Assembly (NCBI GenBank): GCA_964497265.1
Contig: CAZCCK010000002.1
Coordinates: 20,614-84,613 of the forward strand
Reading direction: 5' to 3'
Source of the DNA: Candidatus Woesearchaeota archaeon
GTDB taxonomy: Archaea; Nanobdellota; Nanobdellia; SCGC-AAA011-G17; GW2011-AR18
Length of the DNA: 64,000 bases
Shown here: positions 1 through 7,218 of the stretch, piece by piece
Position numbering within the stretch: the first letter of the stretch is position 1
Layout: each line of letters opens with the position of its first letter
Translations under genes and position numbers: made by a program
Notes under the pieces: generated by a model
Database searches by the model: none
What the model was told of the DNA's origin: nothing
Seen by the model: the letters and a program-made list of their open reading frames with translations, nothing else

Positions 1-634
1 GTCCTGGTTCAGGGAATACTTCTTCAGGTGTGATTGACGAACCTCCTCCACCTCCACCTCCGCCACCGCTATCTCCAGAAGGAGGGGTTCCACTAGGAGG
101 GACATCGCTCGGAGGAGGTGTTTCTCCTGGAGGGACATCGCTAGGAGGAGTTTCTACAACAGAAGAGGAAGAGGAACAGCAGATAAGGAGTGGTGCAGTT
201 GGATCGTTACAATCATAAACATGTGCGTCAGTTGGATCGCTTAATCTTAAAACACATTTTTGATCTGAAGCACAAACATCAGTAGTTGAGGTGCAGCTAA
301 AATCAGAATAGCAAAGAGGGGTAGGATCACTTCCATAGGGAATGCCTGCGTGATATCCGCGAAGAGGATCTACATTGATAATAGCGTTTGATCCAGTGCA
401 AGTATGAACGTCTGAAGAAGCGGGCTCATTATTATTGCACAGAGAATAGGTGTAAGTCGTACTGTCCCAGGCTTGAGCGTGTGCATCTGTAGCTTTAGAG
501 AGTTTAAGAATCGTCGCACCGTCCGAAGTACAAGGATAGCTGCTAATAGAGGTGCTTAGTTCTGCGGCAAAAGCAAGAGAGGTAAAACTTAGAAAACAGA
601 GAAGAAAGATAACAGAGATCTTGGAGACGTTCAT
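1..634 (-). CDS. Secreted Cys-rich protein, 5'-partial at window edge (N-terminus at 634, continues past position 1)
   Basis: Minus-strand ORF not in the track because it has no stop in the window. ATG is at 632-634 (rc), 4 nt after the stop of the upstream LamG gene, so the two are tightly coupled. N-terminus is MNVSKISVIFLLCFLSFTSLAFA, a classic signal peptide. This is followed by a Cys-rich region with two copies of the motif L(K/R)LS..TDAH(A/V), then a Pro/Ser/Gly linker (PPSDVPP...GGGGGGGG). The track ORF 30..218(+) is the shadow of this linker. Confidence 0.5.
   Translation of the reverse strand, partial: MNVSKISVIFLLCFLSFTSLAFAAELSTSISSYPCTSDGATILKLSKATDAHAQAWDSTTYTYSLCNNNEPASSDVHTCTGSNAIINVDPLRGYHAGIPYGSDPTPLCYSDFSCTSTTDVCASDQKCVLRLSDPTDAHVYDCNDPTAPLLICCSSSSSVVETPPSDVPPGETPPPSDVPPSGTPPSGDSGGGGGGGGGSSITPEEVFPEPG
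104..168. repeat. Two tandem ~33-nt units inside a coding region (Pro/Ser linker of the partial protein)
   Basis: ggagggacatcgct(c/a)ggaggag(gt)gtttct occurs twice in tandem, encoding (minus strand) the repeated PPSDVPP(G/S)xTPP. Confidence 0.7.
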
Positions 635-638
635 AGGA

Positions 639-2678
639 TTAGCCTTGAAGTGGGGTCTGGTCTAGATTAGCCGGAAGACATTTGCAAGTTCTTCCGGAAG
701 TAGTATCCTGGCAAGTAGTTGCTTTTCCATCGTTAAGATGTGCGCTGTAACAAGTATATTCAATTGAAGCCGTTGTACAGATAGAAGTGCAACTTAAGCT
801 AGAGGTAGTATAGATTGTTGGAGCGAAAAACGCGTGTAATAATTCTTGAAGGCCGTTGATTTCGCCAACGTCATGTGAGCGAATGTGTCTTCGATTAGGA
901 GGAAAGGCAGGTGTAACAGTGGGGGGGATGTTGGATTGTCCTGGAGGAGTATGTGACGGTGGAGGGGAAGCTGCAGGAGGTGTTGTGCTTGGAAGAGTGC
1001 TTTGATATGCTGAAGCGACTTGTTGGGAAGTAAGAGCAGTATTAGGATAGACTTTTACATAATCCATGTATCCTACAAAGTATTGAGAACGTGGAGTGGA
1101 GCTTAAAGCAAGGTCAGGCCATCCGCCTAAGAGAAGATCATCGGATGCTGTAGCTGGTTTTAGAATAGGTGTCCAAGGACCAGTTTTAGCTAATTGTCCG
1201 TTAACGTAGAGTGTGGTAGTATGAGCGGTTTTGTCAAAGACCCAGACAAGATGAGTCCATGCGCGATTGTAATTTGTGCTACTAGCACCATAGGTAAGCG
1301 TGTCTTGAGTTGAATCTGCAAGAGAAACTTCATGTTCGCCTAAGCTAACAGAGTAAAGTCCTGCTAAGGTTTGACTTTGTTGAGTGATAATAGGATAAGC
1401 AATTGATGTGGTTGGTGCTGTAACAAGAGGATTAAGTAGTGAAGAGCGAGGCAAGGTTGAAATGCTAGTTGAAGGATTAAGGTAGACAAGTGCTTCGAAA
1501 GAGTATTGGTTAAAAGAATCTGCTTTTAGTGCGTCTGGAAGTTTTAAAGCTATTTTGTTTGAAGGAGCGAAGTTAAAAGAAGCGGTGTGACCTGGAACAG
1601 TAGTATAGTGAGAAGCGCCTGGCGTGTCTATACCAACAATGCTTGCTGAGTAAGTGCCTGAAGCATCGCTTAAAGAGTTTTCAAAGTTAAATGTGAATGA
1701 AGGAGGAAGAGGATTAGAGGGAAGGGGAGTAGGAGCAGATGTTGGAGCGGGTGTAATTGGAGCAGGGGGAGGAAGTTGACTGATCTGAGCAGGAGTTAAA
1801 GCTTGATTTTTATAAATTTCAACATAATCAATGTATCCTCCAAAATAACTATCCTGAGGGGGAAGCGCGGTTGTGAAGGTAGTTCCGCTTGTTGTTCTTG
1901 GAAGCACAGGTAATGCTCCTACAAGAAATTCATAGGTGGTTCCTGAAGGAACAAAATGGGCTACGTCCGAGCTTTTTGCAACAAGAACACCATTTTCATA
2001 GAGTTCTATTTTTCCAGGAGTGGAAGTTTTATCTACTAAAAGTGTGATCTGAGTCCATTTTCCAGTATAGGTTTGACCTGCAGGAAGAGCGCGGGTTAAA
2101 GCAAAACTAGGATTATCTGGTTTAAGAAGTTTAATTGAGTTTCCATTAATACCTAAAATGTAAAAAGAATTTTCAAGGCCGTTATATTCGCTTAAGATAG
2201 GAAAGTAGCCGAAGTTAGTAGAGCCACTAGCGTCTAGATAAACACGAGTGTTAAGAGTGAATTTAGAAAGTGAAGAAGTTTGAAGAGTAGAAGGGAATAT
2301 AACTGCAGGTAAAGTTTTACTGACGTGAAGTCCTTGTTGAACGCTACTATCGGGACTCCCGTATTTTGCTCCAAGCGCAGCATTTGGTCCATAAGGTTTT
2401 GCTTTGAAAAGGTTAGTAGAATCAGCAAGGCTATTTTCGAATTGGAATTTAACTGGTGCGGCGCTTACAGTTGAAGAGGGAGTAGTTGAAGAAGAAACTC
2501 TAGTTTCAGGAGCTTTAAGCGTGGAAGATTTGAAAAGAGAGGAAAGGTCAAAAGAAGCATATCCTGTTGTTGAAAAAAATTGACTTCCAACAAGTAAAAT
2601 AAAAACAAGAGAGACAACAATTAAAGAAAGAAGAGGGAGACTAATAGTTTTTTGTGAAGACACACCCTTTTTGCTCAT
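639..2678 (-). CDS. Surface protein with two LamG / concanavalin-A-like lectin domains, an N-terminal signal anchor and Pro/Thr-rich linkers
   Basis: N-terminal hydrophobic segment LPLLSLIVVSLVFILLVG. Two domains end in the Laminin_G_3-type signature (FGGYIDYVEIYKNQALTPAQISQL and FVGYMDYVKVYPNTALTSQQVASAY). PT-rich linkers (PPPAPITPAPTSAPTPLP; TPPAASPPPSHTPP). Cys-rich C-terminal tail. Confidence 0.6.
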   Translation of the reverse strand: MSKKGVSSQKTISLPLLSLIVVSLVFILLVGSQFFSTTGYASFDLSSLFKSSTLKAPETRVSSSTTPSSTVSAAPVKFQFENSLADSTNLFKAKPYGPNAALGAKYGSPDSSVQQGLHVSKTLPAVIFPSTLQTSSLSKFTLNTRVYLDASGSTNFGYFPILSEYNGLENSFYILGINGNSIKLLKPDNPSFALTRALPAGQTYTGKWTQITLLVDKTSTPGKIELYENGVLVAKSSDVAHFVPSGTTYEFLVGALPVLPRTTSGTTFTTALPPQDSYFGGYIDYVEIYKNQALTPAQISQLPPPAPITPAPTSAPTPLPSNPLPPSFTFNFENSLSDASGTYSASIVGIDTPGASHYTTVPGHTASFNFAPSNKIALKLPDALKADSFNQYSFEALVYLNPSTSISTLPRSSLLNPLVTAPTTSIAYPIITQQSQTLAGLYSVSLGEHEVSLADSTQDTLTYGASSTNYNRAWTHLVWVFDKTAHTTTLYVNGQLAKTGPWTPILKPATASDDLLLGGWPDLALSSTPRSQYFVGYMDYVKVYPNTALTSQQVASAYQSTLPSTTPPAASPPPSHTPPGQSNIPPTVTPAFPPNRRHIRSHDVGEINGLQELLHAFFAPTIYTTSSLSCTSICTTASIEYTCYSAHLNDGKATTCQDTTSGRTCKCLPANLDQTPLQG

Positions 2679-2725
2679 AAATCAGTTTCTCAAAAAACTA
2701 GTATTTAAATGTTTCTAAAAAAAAT

Positions 2726-4684
2726 TTATTTGAACATATCGAATGCGCCGGCTGGCGGATCTGAAGGATTAGAAGAAGAAGTATTTTTAGTAGAATCATT
2801 AGTCTTAGTAGAGTCATTAGAGTTTGAGGGAGAATAATTAGAACTTGGTGAAGAATAACTTCCGCCGTAATAAGTGCGTTGTTTGTTTCTTTCGTCGTCT
2901 TGAATCATTTTTGTCATGCGTTTTCTAAAGTCTTCAATATCTTTTTCGTCTGCGATTCCGTATTTAGGTTTTTGTTCTTTAGTATACTCAGTCGAATTAT
3001 ATTCCGTTTGTATAGACTGTTTTTTTACTTTAGGCCTAATTGTGATTTCTTCATGGATAACTCTTTTTTCTTTGTGAGGTTTTAGAATAAAAATCAAAGC
3101 AACGACAATTACTAAAAATCCTAGAAGCAAAAGCAGAGAGTTTCCTGGAGAGTGGAGATTTCCAATGGCGTTACCCGTTACTGAGGAAAGATCGTCTAAG
3201 AGACCCGGACTTGGGGGAATTTGAACATTATCAAATTTATCTCCTGTAAAAGGAATTGTAACCGTATAATTCCCTGCCTCGAAAAGTTTAGAAAGTTTTA
3301 CGCGCGCTTCTTCTCCAAGTCCAAGCTTGAGATCTTTCCCACTGGGTTTATCTTGAGTGTTTACTTGTAAGAAGTCTTTGAAAGGAACATTTCCTTTATT
3401 TTTTACGACTAATTCCGTCCCATCTAGTTGAACATCTAAAGATTTGAGTTCTCGGACAGTAATAATTCTTTCATCATGAAGTCCAAAGCCATCTAGCTTA
3501 AGTTTCCATGTTCCCGGAAGAGATTGGCTGGGAACTTCTAAAGTGTCTGCAATGTTTGTTTGAACCAATTGTTGATACTTAGATTCTCCTTGACTGTTCA
3601 AAAGTGCGAGGTTAACTGTCGCAACCATCGGATCTTTAGCTTGATCTAAAAGCACGGTTAGGAAAGGAATTTTTTCTTCTGGAACAAAACTACTTTGATT
3701 AACTTGTAAAATTAAGGTAGTTGGTATTCCTTGAATAGTAAAATTTTCTTGGATAACACCAATATTTCCTTGTTGGTCTTTGGCGTTGATAGTATAGCTA
3801 TGGTCTCCACTCTTAATCGTTGTTGGAATAAGGTAAGAGAATTTATAGAATTCGTCACTTGTTTCTAGAGTTTGAGTTTTAATTAAAGTGTCATCTATTT
3901 GGAAAGATACGCTCAATGATTTAAGGACAGAACCGATTTTAGATTTAACGTTGCCAGTAAGAGTGAAAGTTTCTCCAGGTTTGTAAATATTTTTTTCAGG
4001 ATGCGCGACAACATCCAAATTTCCTTCTAAAGTAAAGTTGTAAATATTAGAAAAAGTTTTTTGATTGCCTTCATTATCTTTAGCTTCAATATCTAAAGTG
4101 TAAATTCCTGGAGGTAGTAAGCTTAAGTCTTTGGTCAGACTTAAAGTACCGAGTTTAATTGGAGCGCTATCGCGACTTATGATTTGATCTTCTTTTTTAA
4201 ATTTCAAGACTGCAAGTCCATCTATACCTACACCATTGTATTTAGAGACAACACCTTTGACATCTAAATGTTCTCCAAGTTGATAAGAAGGTTTTAGAGA
4301 TTCGAAGTTCGCAAGTAAATCAGACGTGATAACAAATTCATTAGATTTTTGTTGTTCAAGTAAAGCTCCTTGTTCGTTCAAAAGACCAACATTGACAAAA
4401 CAAGTGCCAGTCTGTCCTTCAGGAGCGATAAAAAGTTGAGAGAAGCTGGAGGCTTTATTTTCTTCAAGGTCGATAAGTTTTGTAGAAATGGGTGTGGGTT
4501 GGCTGCATTGGAGAGTAATCGCAACTTGTCCTCGAAAGCTTGCGTTTTCTTCAACTTGTCCTGAAACAAGAAGTTTATCTCCAAAATTATAGAGGATAGA
4601 AGGAGTGTGATCTACATTGATATTTGCACTTACAAGGGGTAGGAGTAAAAGAAAACTAAAGAATAAGACATTAATCGACCTCAT
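2726..4684 (-). CDS. Large surface (S-layer-like) glycoprotein candidate with Ig/CARDB-like beta-sandwich repeats and a C-terminal TM anchor
   Basis: N-terminal signal peptide MRSINVLFFSFLLLLPLVSA. About 470 aa of repeated beta-rich segments with many N-x-S/T sequons (NASF, NFTL, NQSS, NFTI, NYTV). C-terminal TM helix LLLLLGFLVIVVALIFIL followed by a Lys/Arg-rich then Ser/Asn-rich tail. It lies about 2.5 kb upstream of aglB. Confidence 0.55.
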   Translation of the reverse strand: MRSINVLFFSFLLLLPLVSANINVDHTPSILYNFGDKLLVSGQVEENASFRGQVAITLQCSQPTPISTKLIDLEENKASSFSQLFIAPEGQTGTCFVNVGLLNEQGALLEQQKSNEFVITSDLLANFESLKPSYQLGEHLDVKGVVSKYNGVGIDGLAVLKFKKEDQIISRDSAPIKLGTLSLTKDLSLLPPGIYTLDIEAKDNEGNQKTFSNIYNFTLEGNLDVVAHPEKNIYKPGETFTLTGNVKSKIGSVLKSLSVSFQIDDTLIKTQTLETSDEFYKFSYLIPTTIKSGDHSYTINAKDQQGNIGVIQENFTIQGIPTTLILQVNQSSFVPEEKIPFLTVLLDQAKDPMVATVNLALLNSQGESKYQQLVQTNIADTLEVPSQSLPGTWKLKLDGFGLHDERIITVRELKSLDVQLDGTELVVKNKGNVPFKDFLQVNTQDKPSGKDLKLGLGEEARVKLSKLFEAGNYTVTIPFTGDKFDNVQIPPSPGLLDDLSSVTGNAIGNLHSPGNSLLLLLGFLVIVVALIFILKPHKEKRVIHEEITIRPKVKKQSIQTEYNSTEYTKEQKPKYGIADEKDIEDFRKRMTKMIQDDERNKQRTYYGGSYSSPSSNYSPSNSNDSTKTNDSTKNTSSSNPSDPPAGAFDMFK

Positions 4685-4727
4685 GAAAAAGCTATAATGA
4701 AGGGAGTTTATAAAGTTTATGGGGGTT

Positions 4728-4746
4728 TTAAGTTAATTTTAAATAG
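4728..4746 (+). promoter_or_regulatory. TATA-like box of thrS
   Basis: ttaattttaaata lies about 25-30 nt upstream of ATG 4768, so the transcript is probably leaderless. Confidence 0.35.
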
Positions 4747-4767
4747 GGGGTTTCTTCTGGTTTGAGA

Positions 4768-6480
4768 ATGGTAGATCTAGAGAGAATTCGTCATTCAAGT
4801 GCGCATGTTTTAGCTGCAGCAGTAAAAAAGTTGTGGCCTGATACAAAACTAGGGATAGGTCCGGTTATTGAAGACGGTTTTTATTATGATATTGATACAA
4901 AGCATGTTTTCACGCCAGAAGATTTTCCTAAGATTGAAAAGGAAATGGAAGCTATCATAAAGAAAGATGAAAAGTTTGAAAGAAAAGTTCTTACGCAAAG
5001 TGAAGCTAAAAAGCTATTCAAGCTAGACCCATACAAAAGCGAATTAATTGAAGACATTCAAAGAAAAGGAGAGGAGATTAGTATTTATCAAACAGGAGAG
5101 TTTGTAGATCTTTGTCACGGACCGCATGTTTCATCTACGAAAGAGATTGGTGCTTTTAAGTTGTTAAAGATCGCGGGTGCGTATTGGAAAGGAGATGCGA
5201 AAAATTCTCAGATGCAAAGAATTTATGGGACTGCTTTCGCTTCCAAAAAAGAGCTAGAGGAATATTTGCATAGGTTAGAAGAAGCCAAGAAGAGAGATCA
5301 TAGAATTCTTGGAGAACAGTTAGATTTAGTTATGATTCATGAATATTCTCCAGGTTCTCCTTTTTTCTTACCTAAGGGAACAATCATCTATCTAGAGTTG
5401 ATGAAGTTCATAAGAGAAGAATATCAAAAGAGAGGCTTCAAAGAAGTAATTACTCCTTTATTATTTAATAAAAAATTATGGGAGACTTCTGGACATTGGG
5501 AACATTATAAGGATAATATGTTTAATATTGAAATTGAAAAGGAGACGTTTAGTTTCAAGCCGATGAATTGTCCTTCTCATTGTTTGATTTACAAAAGAAA
5601 GTTGTGGAGTTATAGAGAATTGCCTTTGAGAATAGCAGATTTTGCAGCGTTACATAGAAATGAACTTTCCGGAACATTGAGTGGATTAACAAGAGTAAGA
5701 AAGATGAGCCAGGATGATGCTCATATTTTTGTTACAAAGGATCAGTTAGAAGAAGAAATAAAAGAAATCTTAGATTTTGAAAAGTTTGTTTACGAAAAAA
5801 TTTTCAAGTTTGAGTATCATATGTATTTAGGAACAAGACCCGATAATTTTTTAGGTGAAAAAGAAGTTTGGGATAAAGCTGAGAAAATCTTAGAAGACGT
5901 TTTGAAAGAGAAAAAAATCACCTACACCCTTATGCCTAAAGACGGCGCGTTTTATGGTCCTAAAATAGATCTAAGAGTAAAAGACGCTTTAGGAAGAGAG
6001 TGGCAGCTTGCAACCGTGCAGCTTGATTTTCAGATGCCATTAAGGTTTGATTTAAGTTATGAGGGTGCAGATGGAAAAAAACATAACCCGATTATGATTC
6101 ACAGAGCAGTGTTGGGAACTTTAGAGCGGTTTATTGGAGTATTGATTGAGCATTTCGCAGGTAAGTTTCCAGTTTGGTTGTCTCCAGTACAGGTGTCTTT
6201 AATTACAGTTGCGGATAGACATATTCCTTTTGCGAATGAACTTAAAAAAGAATTCGAGTCACAAGGATTAAGAGTGGAAGTTGATGCTCGGACTGAGAGT
6301 ATAGGTAAAAAAGTAAGAGATAATCAAGCAGAGAAAATTCCATACGTAGTAACGATTGGAGATAAAGAGATGGAGTCTGGAAATTTAGCAGTTAGAGATA
6401 GGAATAATCAGGTAAATATATTAAAGAAAGAAGTTTTCCTAGAGCAAGTAAAGAAAGAGGTTGCGCAGAGGCAATGTTAG
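4768..6480 (+). CDS. thrS: Threonyl-tRNA synthetase (class II). It has the N2 editing/SAD domain but no N-terminal TGS (N1) domain
   Basis: HxxxH (HSSAHVLAAAV) and CxxxH (CHGPHVSS) zinc motifs of the ThrRS/AlaRS second additional domain. Class II core motifs (FRAx, GAFYGPKIDL, HRAVLGTLERFIGVLIEH). C-terminal anticodon-binding domain. The track start at 4762 is TTG; the first ATG is at 4768, about 25 nt downstream of a TATA-like box, so the transcript is probably leaderless. Confidence 0.9.
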   Translation: MVDLERIRHSSAHVLAAAVKKLWPDTKLGIGPVIEDGFYYDIDTKHVFTPEDFPKIEKEMEAIIKKDEKFERKVLTQSEAKKLFKLDPYKSELIEDIQRKGEEISIYQTGEFVDLCHGPHVSSTKEIGAFKLLKIAGAYWKGDAKNSQMQRIYGTAFASKKELEEYLHRLEEAKKRDHRILGEQLDLVMIHEYSPGSPFFLPKGTIIYLELMKFIREEYQKRGFKEVITPLLFNKKLWETSGHWEHYKDNMFNIEIEKETFSFKPMNCPSHCLIYKRKLWSYRELPLRIADFAALHRNELSGTLSGLTRVRKMSQDDAHIFVTKDQLEEEIKEILDFEKFVYEKIFKFEYHMYLGTRPDNFLGEKEVWDKAEKILEDVLKEKKITYTLMPKDGAFYGPKIDLRVKDALGREWQLATVQLDFQMPLRFDLSYEGADGKKHNPIMIHRAVLGTLERFIGVLIEHFAGKFPVWLSPVQVSLITVADRHIPFANELKKEFESQGLRVEVDARTESIGKKVRDNQAEKIPYVVTIGDKEMESGNLAVRDRNNQVNILKKEVFLEQVKKEVAQRQC

Positions 6481-6947
6481 ATGTAAAGAGTTCCTATGAA
6501 CGTCTGACAAAAGCGGAAAATTTTAAAGCGCCTGGTTTTTTATGCGGAATATTTGTGATGTCTTCACCAGAGCTTTTAGAGAAGGCAGATTTGCAGTTTG
6601 ATTTTTATGATAAGAAGAAAGATAAGATTACAAGTTTTACGTTAGGAGAGAAGATAAAAGAGGTTAATTCTGAAGCCGATGTTTTCAAAGAGGAGAATAC
6701 AACAGTTAATGAGTTAGATTTAGAGGAAGTAAAAGTTTCTTGGCAAGAAAGTCTAAAGAAAGCAAGAACGTTGTTAGAGCATGAAAGTGAAAGCAAGATT
6801 ATTTTAGTGTTGCAAAAGTCAGATGTTCCTTTTTGGAATGTGAGTCTGCTAACAACCATTTTTAATTTACTAAATGTGAAAGTAAACGCTCAAACTGGAG
6901 AGGTTATAGAACATAAAAAAGTTTCATTGTTAAGTTTTAAGAATTGA
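6474..6947 (+). CDS. Hypothetical acidic protein
   Basis: Overlaps the thrS stop (ATGTTAG). K/E-rich, coding-like composition, no recognisable motif. Confidence 0.3.
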   Translation: MLDVKSSYERLTKAENFKAPGFLCGIFVMSSPELLEKADLQFDFYDKKKDKITSFTLGEKIKEVNSEADVFKEENTTVNELDLEEVKVSWQESLKKARTLLEHESESKIILVLQKSDVPFWNVSLLTTIFNLLNVKVNAQTGEVIEHKKVSLLSFKN

Positions 6948-7218
6948 TTACTTGAATTAATTTTACCTTACTGGTCAAGCCGGATTTTATCAATACTTTT
7001 TTCCCTAGTTCTTTGGACAAGAGTTTGAGGAGGGCTTTATTCGCGCGGTTATTTTCGGCAGGTTCTTGAAGTGAAACTAAGTAAGCTTGATGTTCAAGGG
7101 AATAACTAAGAAATTTATTTTCACAAGCGTTTGTTTTTACAATCACTTTAAAGATGTCTGGAAGCATACAGAAATTTTAACAGGAAACTATTTAAAGGTA
7201 GATCAAATTGCGGTTTCA

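Noticed and set aside
30-218. Plus-strand poly-proline ORF (MIDEPPPPPPPPP...)
   Set aside because: It is the antisense shadow of the Gly/Pro/Ser linker of the minus-strand secreted protein (1..634), which has a signal peptide and coherent domain structure.
6937-7167. 76-aa minus-strand ORF upstream of aglB, and the long TTG-initiated N-terminal extension of aglB (7087..7218)
   Set aside because: This region is better explained as the aglB promoter and 5' region. The extension adds a non-membrane, atypical N-terminus, whereas ATG 7219 gives a canonical AglB start.
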